64,000 nucleotides of DNA from Mobula hypostoma (taxonomy: Eukaryota): NCBI RefSeq assembly GCF_963921235.1, contig NC_086108.1, positions 111,850,001 through 111,914,000 on the forward strand, read 5' to 3'. Positions 11,660-24,480 of this stretch are shown here, one piece after another (within the stretch, counting starts at the first letter, position 1; the number at the start of each line of letters is the position of its first letter). The position numbers were made by a program, and so were the translations under genes. The notes beneath the pieces are model-generated. The model made no database searches and was not told where the DNA came from. It worked only from the letters and a program-made list of their open reading frames with translations.

Positions 11660-13400
11660 GACAAATTGAATAAGGAAATTGTAGGCCACTTATCCTGTCT
11701 TCAGTCATTGAGCAGATGTTGGAATCAATTATTAAGGATGGGGTTTCAGGGTACTTGGAGGCACATGATAAAACAGGCCAAAGTCAACATGGCTTCCTTA
11801 AGATTGCCTGACAAATCTGTTGGAATTCTTTGAGGAGGTAGCAGGCAGGATAGGCAAAGGAGAGTCAGTGAATGTTGTTTACTTGGATTTTCAGAAAGCC
11901 TTTGTCAAGGTGCCACACATGAAGCTGATTAAAAAGATAGCCAGTGGTATTACAGATAAGACACTAGCACGGAGAGAACCAACACAAGAAAATCTGTTGA
12001 TGCTGCCAGTCCAAAGCAACACACACAAAATTCTGGAGGAACTGAACAGGGCATGCAGTGTCTATGGAAAAGAGTAAACAGTCGAAATATTGGGCTGAGA
12101 CCCTTCATCAGGATTGGAAAGGAAGGGAAGAAGTCAGAACAAAATGTAGGGTTGTGGAAGGAGTACAAGATGGCAGGTGATAGGTGAAAGCTGGAGATGG
12201 GGAGGAGATGAAGTAAGGAGGTAGGAAGTTGATTGGTGAAAGAGATAAAGGGCTGGAGAAGAGAATGGCACCTTTGCTCTGTCCACCACACAAAGCTGCC
12301 TGGTCTGCTGAGTTCCTCCAGAATTTTGTGTCTGGAGCATGGAATGAAGATGGCTGATTGGCAGGAGGCGAAGAATGTGAATAAAGGGGCCTTTTCTGGT
12401 TGGCTAGTGGTGCTCCACAGGGGTTAGTGATGGGACCACACACAACATGCTGAGTAACTCTGCAGGCCAGGCAGCATCTATGGAAAAAAAGTACAGTTGA
12501 TGTTTTGCGCCACTGTCATTTCTCTCAACTGTGTCTGTCAACTACGTGGATGATGGAATCGGTGGCTTTGTGGCCAAGCTGGTGTTTGATACAAAGATAG
12601 GTGGAGGGGCAGGTAGTGTTGAGAAAGTGGGAGACAAAGAAGCGTCAGATGGAATACAGTGTCTGGTCATGCAACTTGGTAGAAAAATAAAGTCATAGAC
12701 TATATTCTAAATGGGGAGAACATTCAAACAATCAGAGGTGCAAAGCATCTTAGAATTCCCTGAAGGTTAACTTGCAGATTGAGTAAATGGTAAGGAAGGC
12801 AAATACAATGTTAGCATTCATTTGGAGAAAACTAGACTATGAAAGCAAGGATGTAGTGCTGAGGCTTAAGGCATTGGTCAGTCCTTATTCGGAGTATTGA
12901 GAACAGTTTTGGACCCCTTATCTAAGAAAAGATGTGCTGGCATTGGAGAGGAGGTACATGAGAATGATTCTGGAATGACAGGGTTAGCGTATAAGAGCAC
13001 TTGATGGCTCTGGGCCTGTACATTCTTGAGTTTAGAAGGAAAGATCTGAAGGAAATCTATCAAATATTGAAAGGCCTTGATAGAGCTGAAGTGGAGAGGA
13101 CGTTTACTACAGTGTGGATTAGAGGACACAGCCTCAGAATAGAGGGACGTTCATTTGGAACAGAGATGAAGAAGAATTTCTTTATCCAGAGGGTAGGGAA
13201 TCCATGGAATTTATTACCAAGTCATTAGGTATATTAAAAATGGAGGTTGATAGGTTCTTGAATAGTCAGGGTGTTAAAAGTTACAGGGAGAAGGCAGGAG
13301 ATTGGGGTTGAGAGGGAAAGTAAATCAGCCATGATGGAATGGTGCAGCCGATTCAATTTGCCAAATGGCCTAATTCTGCTCCTATGTCTCATGGTCTTAT
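11660..13400 (+). mobile_element. Decayed CR1 interrupted by Penelope-3'-like short inserts
   Basis: EFFEEV...VYLDFQKAF peptide. Insert motif gggctgagacccttcatcagga. Confidence 0.7.
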
Positions 13401-13449
13401 CTCAGTCAGCTTTGTGAGAGGGTGAGGCTGAGGGTCTCATTGAACCTAC

Positions 13450-13621
13450 CTGACAAAACCCAGTGATAGGGAGCACTTGACCTTGCCACACAACCATCCC
13501 GCAGGTCATTTGGAATGTCATAGGATGCCACAAATAAAATGTCACAGGCTCGTGAAATTGCTAAGAAGTCATAACATTGTTCGTTCTTGCAGTGTGGAGA
13601 CCAAGATATGTGAAAGGAGAT
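13450..13621 (-). CDS. CTBS-like: CTBS-like gene A, exon 4 (172 bp)
   Basis: Acceptor ggccctcag, donor gtaggt. Translates to ISFHISWSPHCKNEQCYDFLAISRACDILFVASYDIPNDLRDGCVARSSAPYHWVLS(G), matching CTBS WSP...CY...ACDFLFVMSYD...APY. Confidence 0.93.
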
Positions 13622-14186
13622 CTGAGGGCCAAAGAACAACAAGAAATCAGTCTCATATTATTATTTGCACTGGGAATAATTCAAGACTCAAGATGCAGGA
13701 TTTAAATATATTTGTTATGTGAGTATCAAAACATATATATGTGTGTGTTATGACTTCTAGAGTGAAATATGTCATTTGTGTTAACAACCGATAGTTATAT
13801 ATTACAAAAATGAAGTCTTTTTTGCTTGTGAGGTGTTTTGTGCCCCTTATCTGGCATTGAAAAAGGTCCAGAGGAGGTTCACGAGAATGATTCTGGGAAG
13901 GGAAGGGTTAATGTGTGAGGAGCATTTGAGGGCTCTGGGCCTTTACTCACTGGAGTTCCGAAGAATTAGGGGAGGACCTCAATGAAACTTATGAAGATTG
14001 AAAGATCTAGATAGAGTGGACTTGGAGAGGCTGTTCCTATAGTTGAGGAGTCTTGGACCAGAGGGCACAGCCTCAGAACAGAGGGACATCCATTTAGAAC
14101 AGAGATGAGGAGGAATTTCTTTAGCCAGAGGGTGGTGAATCTGTGGAATTAATTGCCACAGATGGAGCTGTGGAGGCCAAGTCATT

Positions 14187-14825
14187 TATAGGCATTTATA
14201 GCAAGAGGATTCGAGTACAGGAGCAGGGAGGTACTACTGCAGTTGTACAAGGCCTTGGTGAGACCACACCTGGAGTATTGTGTGCAGTTTTGGTCCCCTA
14301 ATCTGAGGAAAGACATCCTTGCCATAGAGGGAGTACAAAGAAGGTTCACCAGATTGATTCCAGGGATGGCAGGACTTTCATATGAAGAAAGACTGGATGA
14401 ACTGGGCTTGTACTCGTTGGAATTTAGAAGATTGAGGGGGGATCTGATTGAAACATATAAAATCCTAAAGGGATTGGACAGGCTAGATGCAGGAAGATTG
14501 TTCCCAATGTTGGGGAAGTCCAGAACAAGGGGCCACAGTTTGAGGATAAAGGGGAAGCCTTTTAGGACCGAGATTAGGAAAAACTTCTTCACACAGAGAG
14601 TGGTGAATCTGTGGAATTCTCTGCCACAGGAAACAGTTGAGGCCAGTTCATTGGCTATATTTAAGAGGGAGTTAGATATGGCCCTTGTGGCTACGGGGAT
14701 CAGGGGGTATGGAGGGAAGGCTGGGGCGGGGTTCCAAGTTGGATGATCAGCCATGATCATACTGAATGGCGGTGCAGGCTCGAAGGGCCGAATGGCCTAC
14801 TCCTGCACCTATTTTCTATGTTTCT
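14187..14825 (+). mobile_element. Young 5'-truncated CR1 inserted into an older CR1 (~13850-14990)
   Basis: Open ORF 14243-14746, ttttctatgtttct tail, aagtca on both sides. Near-identical to 1771-2400. Confidence 0.9.
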
Positions 14826-15964
14826 AAGTCAATGGGTATATTCGAAGCAGAGGTTGATAGGTTCAGGGTTTGTAAAGTTGTCAAAGGTTAAGGGAAGAAG
14901 AAGGGAGAATGGAGTTGAGAGGGATAATAAATCAGACAGATGGAGTTGTAGATTGGGCTCAATGGGAGAAATGGCCTGATTCTACTCCAGTAGTGTTTGC
15001 TATGGTCTTGTGGCCTGAGTGTGTTGTGTTGGTGATGGGCGGATAAAATAAGCTGGGGTCAGAAAGAACAGGATGAGGGCAGGGTACTGGAATGTAAGAG
15101 GGGCTGTGGGTGGATCAGAGGGGGAGAATGGAACAGAGTAGATGTGGACAGAGGAACTGTTCATGCCACAGGGATGAACTTCAACTTTCAACTTTCCTTT
15201 GCTCTATTAATACTTAATAAAACGATTGTGAAGCAACAAGTTTTGTGCCTCATTCCCCACTTCTGAAAGAACTTTGGATTACAGACCCTCTCTACCTCTG
15301 ATCCTCCGATGATTACTGGCCCACGGGCCTCTGGTTTCCCTCTCCTGAGGTCCACAATCAGTTCATTGGTCTTATTGACATAGATTCAGAGGTTATTGTA
15401 ATTACACCACTCAGCCAAGTTTTCAATCTCCCTCCTGTATACTGATTCATCCCCATGTTTGATAAGGCCCACAACAGTGGTGTCATCCCCAAACGAGTAT
15501 ATGGTGCTGGAGTTGTATTTAGCCTCACAGTTATTGGTGTTCTGCTAAATTCCCATCATCACCGAACCGATCACTAAACACAACCCATGGAAGGGTCTCA
15601 GCCGGAAACATCGACTGTACCTCTTCCTAGAGATGCTGCCTGGCCTGCTGCGTTCACCAGCAACTTTTATGTGTTTTGTTACACATCCCATGGACTTACT
15701 TTCAAAGACTCTACAACTCATCACTGATAAAGTGCCAGTTGTGTTTTACTGTACTTTTTAAACTTGAGTTGGATATACACCTTATGCTAACTGCCAATAT
15801 TCTGGAACATAATTTATTACATGTTAATTTATTTATGCTAATATTACTCTGTGTGTTTGTGAGTTATATGAACTGTGTTGTGCACCTTGGCCCATTGGGT
15901 GATATATATGCATATGGATGAGAGACAATAAACTTGAACTTGATTATTTATTTTTATAAAAACA

Positions 15965-17075
15965 AAGAAACATCAAAAACCTACAACACAATACAGGCCC
16001 TAAGGCCCACAATGCTGTGCCAAACATGTACTTACTTTAGAAATTACCTAGGATTACCCATAGCCCTCCATTTTTCTGTGCTCCATGTACCTATCCAGGA
16101 GTCTCTTAAAAGACCCTATCGTATCGGCCTCCAGCACCGTCACCGGCAGCCCATTCCACGCACTCACCACTCTCTGCGTAAAAAAACTTACCCCTGACAT
16201 CTCCTCTGTACCTGCTTCCAAGCCCTTAAAACTGTTCTCTCGTGTTAGCCATTTCAGCCCTGGGAAAAAGCCTCTGACTACCCACACGGTCAATACATCT
16301 CATCATCTTATACACCTCTGTCAGGTCACCTCTCATCCTCTGCCGCTCCAAGGAGAAAAGGCCAAATTCCCTCAATCTGTTCTCATAAGGCATGCTCCCC
16401 AATCCAGGCAACATCATTGCAAATCTCCTCTGCACCCTTTCTATAGTTTCCACATCCTCCCTGTAGTGAGGTGACCAGAACTGAGCACAGTACCCCAAGT
16501 GGGGTGTGACCAGGGTCCTATATAGCTGTAACATTACTTCTCAGCTCTTAAATTCAATTCCAAGGTATGCCTTCTTAACCAGAGAGTCAACTTGCACGGC
16601 AGCTTTGAGTGTCCTATGAACTCGGACCCCAAGATCCCTGTGATCCTCCACACTCCCAAGAGTCTTACCATTAATGCTATATTCTGCCATCATATTTGAC
16701 CAACCAAATTGAACCATCTCAGACTTATCTGGGTTGAACTCCATCTATCACTTCTCAGCCCAGTTTTGCATCCTATCAATGTCCCGCTGTAACCTCTGAC
16801 AACCCTCCACACTATCCACAACACCCCCAACCTTTGTGTCATCAGCAAATTTACTAACCCATCCTTCCACTTCCTCATCCAGGTCATTTATAAAAATCAT
16901 GAAGAGTAGGGGTCACAGAACAGATCCCTGAGGCACACCACTGGTCACCGACCTCCATGCAGAATATGACCTGTCCACAACCACTTCTTTGCCTTCTGTG
17001 GGCAAGCCAGTTCTGGATCCACAAAGCAATGTCCCCTTGGATCCCATGCATCCTTACTTTCTCAGTAAGCCTTGC
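15965..17075 (-). mobile_element. CR1 LINE 3' fragment
   Basis: LQLYRTLVTPHLGYCAQFWSPH and FFTQRVVSAWN peptides. Confidence 0.88.
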
Positions 17076-17645
17076 ATTATTGTTATTATTATTATTCTCT
17101 ACTTGAATGGCATGTCTTTTTGCAGATTATTGTCAGCTTTTGTGTATCGTTTTTCATTGATACTATTGTATTTCTTTGTTCTACCATGAGTGCCTGCAAG
17201 AAAATGAATCTCAGGGTAGTATGGGTGACTTCATGGTGTCTTCGCAGTTAGTGTGATGTATTACAGCCTGGGGCATTAGAATTCAGAGTTCAATCCTTGT
17301 GTCCTCTGTAAGGAATCTACATGTCCTACCTGTGGAAAGCATGGATTTTGTGCAGGTGCTCCGATTTCCTCCCAGTGTAAAGACATACTGGTCAGTAGGT
17401 TAGTTGTCCCTGTGATTAGGTCTGGATTAAATCAGGGGCTGTTAATGATGCAGCTTAAAGGGCCAGAAGGATTCCGAGCTGCATCTCTACATAATTACAT
17501 AAAAAGAATAAGGTGACGTGGATGTACTTTGATTACAAATGTACTTTGGACTTTGAACTTAGCTGAGAACATTTGTTTGTGTTTTGTGGAGTGAATTCCT
17601 ATCATTCTGGGCTAAAAGTCTGAAATTTCTGGCCTTTTATTTTAC

Positions 17646-17854
17646 CTGAGATCCAGGTAGTTCTTCACGGAAGTATGATGAAATTTCTCTAACCGTCTCA
17701 GTTACTTTGTGATAAAGATGAGACCCTTTTTCAATTTTCTCCGGGACATTTAAATATATTCCATCCATATATGTCTGTTTTATGAACCTTAGAATGAATT
17801 TAATCCAAATGTTTCGAAATCTCTTGTTTGTCAAGTGGTTGACTGATAAGTCAC
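17646..17854 (-). CDS. CTBS-like: CTBS-like gene A, exon 3 (209 bp, degenerate GH18 catalytic motif)
   Basis: Acceptor ccttcag, donor gtaaaa. Translates to (G)DLSVNHLTNKRFRNIWIKFILRFIKQTYMDGIYLNVPEKIEKGSHLYHKVTETVREISSYFREELPGSQ. Phase 1 in, phase 0 out. Confidence 0.92.
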
Positions 17855-18099
17855 CTGAAGGAGGGCAGAGAGAAACACAGTTTAGAGAGAATTAAAACAT
17901 AGAATATAAGAACATTATAGCACAGAGCTGACCGTCTCCATATTGTACTGCCCTGGCTTGCATATGGCGTGCGTAAAACAGAAAGGACGTATCACCCATG
18001 GTTGACTCTGATCAACAAGGAACCTTCTTGTCCATGAAGTGACACTAGGCTCAGGAGTGTCTGTACACAAGATGACAAACAGGAAAAGATAAAGTCACA

Positions 18100-18348
18100 A
18101 ACAACAGGAATTCTGCAGATGCTGGAAATTCAAGCAACACACATCAAAGTTGCTGGTGAACGCAGCAGGTCAGGCAGCATTTCTAGCAAGAGGTACAGTC
18201 GACGTTTCAGGCCGAGACCCTTCGTCAGGACTAACTGAAGGAAGAGCTAGTAAGAGATTTGAAAGTGGGAGGGGGAGGGGGAGATCCAAAGTGATAGGAG
18301 AAGACAGGAGGGGGAGGGATGGAGTCAAGAGCTGGACAGGTGATTGGC
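18100..18348 (-). mobile_element. Short Penelope-like 3' insertion with 16-bp target-site duplication
   Basis: aaaagataaagtcaca at 18084-18099 and 18349-18364. The insert is near-identical to 56424-56670. Confidence 0.8.
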
Positions 18349-19919
18349 AAAAGATAAAGTCACAGTGGTTGGGGGTGTGGAGGGATGGATACATATTTCA
18401 CTAAGACCTGGTGGCTGCAGTGGACACAACATGGGAGTGTGTTTAATTCCAGTAAACATTTTAGGAACAGCTTCTTCTCCTCCACCATCAGATTTCTGAA
18501 TGGACAATGAAGACATGACCACTATTTTCCCCATGTCTTTTTGAACTACTTGTTTAATTCAGTTTGCTTTTTAATTATGTCCTTCTTATTGTAAGTTATA
18601 GATTTTATTATTGTGTATTGTAATGTACTGCTGCCACAAAACAACAAATTTCACCACATACGGCAGTGATATTAAACCTGATTCTGATTCTCATTCTAAG
18701 GATGTGCTGGGGGCAGCCTGAAGGTGTCACCATGCATCTGGGCACCAACAGAGCACACCACAATGTTCAGCAGGACAACACAGGCAACGACGACAACTTC
18801 CACCTGAATCATTTCCACTAACATTGCATTATGTAATTTAGAGTCGATGAGTCATTGATTTACACAGTACGACCCAACTCAACCGTGCTGGCAGAGATGA
18901 CTATCTATGCCAATCCATCTGTGCAATTGCCACTGCCTATCGCTTCCACCGGCACTGGAGAAGGTCCAGAGGAAGTTTATGACAGATTCCAGGAATGAAA
19001 GGGTTAAAATAACAGGAGCATTTGGTTGCTCTGGGCCTGTATTCACAGGAGTTTTGAAGAATGAAGAGGGTGGGATCTCACTGAAACTGAGAAACTAAGA
19101 TTGAAAGGCTTAGATAGAGTGGCAGTGGAGAGGATGTTTCCTATAATGGGAGTCTCGTACCACAGGGCACAGCCTCAGAATAGAGGAATGTCCATTTAGA
19201 ACAGAGATGAGATGGAATTTCTTCAGCCAGAGGGTGGTGAATCAATAGAATCCTTTGCCACAGATACTGTAATTGGGTACATTTAAAGTGGGGGCTGATA
19301 GGTTCCTGATTAGTCAGGGTGTCAAGAATTACAGGAGACGGCAGGAGAATGGGGTTGAGAGGAACAGTAAATCTGCAGCGATGGAATGGTGTAGCAGAGT
19401 CGAGGGGCCGAAAGGCCTGATTCTGCTCCTATGTCTAATGGTTGTGTCTTCCTCACACAACTGAGAGCCTTAAATCTGTGTTTTCTGGTTTTAGGCTTCC
19501 TCACTTTGAGAAAAGTACCAATGGCAACCAACCTTAGTTGTTTATTTATTTAAAGATGCCAGTCTTCCGGCTCAGCAACCCACCTAACCTAATCTCGAGA
19601 CAATTTACCAGTTAACCAACTAACCAGTATGTCTTTGGACTGTGGGAGGAAACTGAGCACCCAGAAAAGACCACGTGGTCATGGGGAGAACTTTGACACT
19701 CCTTACATACAAATGAACAGAAACATCCCGAGCTGCCACAGCGGTGTACCAACCACACTACCGTAGTGCCCCTCGTCATCTTATACACCTCGATGACATC
19801 ACCCGTTAGCCCCAAGGACAAAAGTCCCAGTGCAGATGACGGAAGAATGGAGGCTATGTATGAGGGAAGGGTTAGATTGAATACATGAAATTCCACAAAT
19901 GCTGGGAGTCCAGAGCAAC

Positions 19920-20410
19920 ACACATGACATGCTGAAGGAACTCATCAGGTCTGGCAGCGTCTATGGAAATGAACAAACTATCGATGTCTTGGGCTGAGAC
20001 CCTTCATCGGGACGAGAAGGAAAGGGGGGGGAAACGGCAGAACAAAATGGTGGGGGGAGGGGGAGGAGTACTAGCTGGAATGTGATAGGTGAAGCAAGGT
20101 GGGGAGGAAAGGTAAAGTTCTGGAGAAGAGGGAATCTGATAGGAGAGAATTGGTGACCATAGGAAAAAGGGCAGGAAGAGGGGTCCCAGGGGGTGGTGAT
20201 GGGCAGATGAGGAGAAGAGGAAAGAGGCCAGAGTGGGGAATAGAAGAAGAGGTAAGGCGAAGGGAAAAACTTACTGGAAGGAACAACTGATGTTCATGCC
20301 ATCAGGTTGGAGGCTTTGGACAGGGATTCTGAGGTGTGGCCCCGATAACCTGAGAGTGGGCTTATCATGGCAAAAGAGGAGACCATGGACTGAGATGTCA
20401 GAACAAGAAT
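19920..20410 (-). mobile_element. Decayed Penelope-like 3' fragment
   Basis: HSCSDISVHGLLFC...TLRL...SLQPDGMNI resembles the GIY-YIG C-terminal tail at 56850-57000. Confidence 0.65.
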
Positions 20411-22108
20411 GTGATCTTGGCGTAGGCTTTAAGTTTGGCACAACATCATGCACAGAAGGGGCTGTACGGAGGTGGCAGAGGAGTGTTGTGGTTAGCACAA
20501 TGCATGACTGACCAGCAAACCAGGTACTTGTCCCGCTGCTGCCCGTAAGGAGATTGTACATTCTCCCCGTGTGCGCATGATCAGCTGGTCTGGACGGTAA
20601 TTCCTGACTGTGATCAGCTGCTGAGGACATTGCTTAAGGACTGTGATCGGATGGTGACCACGTTACTTACTGACTGATCAGATAGTGAGGATGGTCTTAC
20701 TGACTGCAGTCTATTGCAGACAATCTGTTGCTCGCATCTGAGAAAATTTTCCATGACACAATTATTACTTCACCTAATATTACTGTTACTAGGCTGGCAT
20801 CTACATGGCTTCAGATCGACAGCGGTAGGATTGAGTATTTGAGCAGTTTTGGACCCGTTACCTAAGAATGGATGTGCTGGCATTGGAGAAGTTCCAGAGG
20901 TGGTACCAGAGGGCACAGCCACAGAATACAAGGACACGTCTTTAGAACAGAAGTGAGGAGCAATTTCTTTAATCAGAGGGTGATGAATCTGTGGAATTCA
21001 ATGCCACGGGTGGCTGTGGTGGTCAAGTCATCAGGTATATTTAAAGCAGAGGTCAATAGGTTCTTGATTAGCCGGGGTATCTAAGGTTACGGGACGATGG
21101 CAGGAGAAAGGTGTTGAGAGGGATAGTGAATCAGCCATGATAGAATGGTGGAGCAAACACTATAGGCTAAAAGGCCTAATTCTACTCCTATGTCTTATGG
21201 TATTTCCCGAATATATTTCCCCATTATGTGCATTCCAATTCTTGTTGCTGACTCCAAGGGTCTTCCACAGAATGTTAAAGCAGTACAGTAGCATAGTGAT
21301 CACGGAGCAGACTTGATGGGCTGAATGGCCTAATTCTGCTCCTTTGATCTTATGGTCTTCTGGTCTAATGGACTCCTGTTTTTCACTGCAGCAGCGAAGC
21401 AAAACACTTGGATCAGGGTCATTTCCATCCCGTCAGTAACTGATGCTTCGCACCACCGTGAAAGAATAAGATTTACTGCTCCACCCATCTCTACACCCTA
21501 ACGCTTATTCATCATTTAGACATTTAGATTATGAGCGATAAACGCAACGGGCTTTCCCTGCTGAGCTTGGGAGAGACTAGAACCAGGTGTCATGGGTTAA
21601 GGATGAAAGGTGAAAAGTTCAAGGGGAACATGAAGGGAACCTTCTTCACTCAGAGGGTGGTGAGATTGTGGAATAAGCTGCCAGCGCAAGTTGCATGTGA
21701 GTGCGATTTCAACGTTTAAGAGAAATTTGGGTAGGTACATGGATAGTAGGGTTATGGAGGGCTATGGTCCAGGTGCAGGTTGATGGAACTAGGCAGTTTG
21801 AATGATTTGGCATGGATTAGATGGGCCAAAGGGCCGGATTCTCTGCTGTACTTTTCTATGACTCTTTGAGATAGTCTGTTTGACCCCCTATCAGCCGGCA
21901 GGAGGTACCACAGTATGATGATAAGGTCTGTTAGAATGGGACACAGCATTTTCCCTGCCCCTTCCCCCTCCGGGCCACGAGACTACTGAACTCCCCGCCA
22001 CCACCCAGGTCTCATCACGTATGAAGCAACAGTAGCCTTATACTGTTTACTTTTTAACTTGTGTCATAAATACACCTTTTTGCTTGTGGTAATATTACTT
22101 TATGTGTT

Positions 22109-22610
22109 ATGTGTGAGTTATATGTACTGTGTTGTGTACCTTGGTCCAGAACAACATTGTTTTGTTTGACGGTATACATGTATACTGTTGTATGTGAGTT
22201 ATATGTACTGTGTTGTGTACCTTGGTCCAGAGGAACATTGTTTTGTTTGACGGTATACATGTGTACGGTTGTATAAGAATTATTTGTACTGTTCTGTGTA
22301 CCTTGGTCCGGAGGAACGTTGTTTTGTTTGACGATATACATGTGTACGGTTGTATGTGAGTTATATGTACTGTTCTGTGCACCTTGGTCCGGAGGAATGT
22401 TGTTTTGTTTGACGGTATACATGTGTACGGTTGTATAAGAATTATTTGTACTGTTCTGTGCACCTTGGTCCAGAGGAACGTTGTTTTGTTTGACGGTATA
22501 CATGTGTACGGTTGTATGTGAGTTATATGTACTGTGTTGTGCACCTTGGTCCGGAGGAACGTTGTTTCTAACCCTAATGCGTGGTGTACTGTCCATGTGT
22601 ACGGTTGCGT
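22109..22610 (+). repeat. 81-bp minisatellite, about 6 copies, alternating A/B variants
   Basis: Unit tatgtgagttatatgtactgtgttgtgcaccttggtccggaggaacgttgttttgtttgacggtatacatgtgtacggttg. Confidence 0.95.
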
Positions 22611-22679
22611 GACAATAAACTGAACTTGAGCTTATAATCACAAACTATTCACTCTATCAACTGGGATATAATGAGTTAC

Positions 22680-22818
22680 CTTTCAAGACTATTTGAGCTT
22701 TATTTGCATGTGCAGTACAGACAGCGTGGAGGTCCATATCTGGAGGGATTACAATTGTTGTAATCTTTGACCAATCATAATGCTTCAGTTCGGCATTCCC
22801 AAAGTGAAAGGCAAAGAC
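22680..22818 (-). CDS. CTBS-like: CTBS-like gene A, exon 2 (139 bp)
   Basis: Acceptor tttattcaag, donor gtaact. Translates to VFAFHFGNAELKHYDWSKITTIVIPPDMDLHAVCTAHANKAQIVLK(G), matching CTBS YDWSQITT...CYAHSKGARVVLKG. Confidence 0.93.
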
Positions 22819-23579
22819 CTTGAATAAAAACAAAGCTGCCATCTGAGGTAATGAAGACATCAATGTCCCATACAATGATATAGATTTGTATAACTGAACA
22901 CAGTGCAGAGGAACTTCACAAGGAGCAGGGCTCACTCACAGGGATGCCGGCTCCATTGGTGTTTGTCATCTATATCAATGAGCTGGATGGAGGCCACGTT
23001 GGACAGGGTAAGCCATGGAGATTGCATCCCAGCTGTCTACACAAGCCAGGGCAGTACGATGTGGAGAGCAAGCTGTTGCCCATGTAGCAGCCTTCCCCTC
23101 TCCATGCAGCTGATAAAAATTCAAAGCAACAGCAGAAACCGATAAAGTGTGCTCACAACGGCAACGCAGGAGTTACCAGTCAGCGTTGAACTCAACATAG
23201 GGCTGCCTTAGGGACTCCAGTTCTGGGTTTTTCCAGGGTTTACTGAGGAAGCCTTCCCTGTGAATGGTTATTTCCGCAGGGCAGAGGAGATTTGAGATCA
23301 GAGCTTCCCTTCTCCGAGATCAGCTGTCAACCATGGCTGAAGAGGCCCATCTACCCGGAGCGACTGGTTTTAAGGCACCAGTAACCCACCTTTGCCCCTC
23401 CTCTTTTCAGTAGAAATGGTTCCGCAAGGCTTAGTAGCTAAATCACACGTGAAGGCCAGGAGCTGGACTTGGTTGTCAGAGGCTATTTGAGATGCTCTCC
23501 GTTGGAAGGATTTAATAGTTGGTGGTAGCTTATCCCCACAACCCCTCCCCTTCATCCTGGCTATGGCAACCTTCAGGAA

Positions 23580-24480
23580 TCTGGTTGGTAATGTGATAAA
23601 TTCGATCAGCAAGTTTGTGGATGACACCAAATTTAGGAGCTTAGTGGACAGTGAGGAAGACTATCAAAGCCTGAGGTAGGACCTGGACCTGCTAGACAAA
23701 TGGGCTGAAAAATGGCAGATGGAATTTAATGCAGACAAGAGTGAGGTGTTGCATTTTGGTGGGACCAACCAGAGTAGGTCTGACACAGTGAACGATTGGT
23801 AACTGAGGATTGTGGTAGAACAAAGGGATCTGGGAATACAGGTCCATAATTCTTTTGAAAGTGACATCACAGGTATATAGGGTCATAGAGAGTTTTTGGC
23901 ATATTGGCCTTCGTAAATCAAAGTATTGATTACAGGAGTTGGATGTTATGCTGAAGTTGTATAAGCCGTTGATAAAGCCTAGTTCGGAGTATTGTGTGTA
24001 GTTTTGGCCACCTAACTACAGGAAAGATATCAACAAGATTGAAAGAGTGCAGAGAAAACTTACTAGGATGTTGCTGGGACTTACTCCCTAGAATTTAGGA
24101 GAATGACGGGAGATTTGATACAATAGATGTATTCCAAATTATGAGGGGTGTAGAGAGGGTAAATGCAAGCAGGTTTTTTCCACTGAGGTTGAGTGTGATG
24201 TGAACCAGAGGTCATGCATTAAGGGTGAAAGGTTAAATGTTTAAGGGGAACATGATGGGGACCTTCTTCACCCAGAGGATGGTGAGAGGGTGGAACGAGC
24301 TGCCAGCAGAAGTGGTGGATGTGGGTTCAGTTTCAACACTTAAGAGAGGTTTGGCTAAGTCCATGGATGGATGGGGGACTGTGCTCCAGGTGCAGGTCCT
24401 GGGAACAGGCAGAATAATAGTTTGGCATGGATTAGATGGACCGAAGGGTCTGTTTCTGAGCTGCTGTTCTCTAGGATTCT
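23580..24480 (+). mobile_element. Decayed CR1 3' fragment
   Basis: agcaagtttgtggatgacacc (RT motif region) and FFTQRMVRGWNELP. Confidence 0.8.

Noticed and set aside
22054..22641. 195-aa repetitive ORF
   Set aside because: It is the translation of the 81-bp minisatellite (unit divisible by 3) and has no supporting gene structure.
22990..23570. Probable retroelement UTR (RTE-like), possibly related to the 477-530 filler
   Set aside because: I cannot assign the family or confirm the relationship without a repeat-library search.
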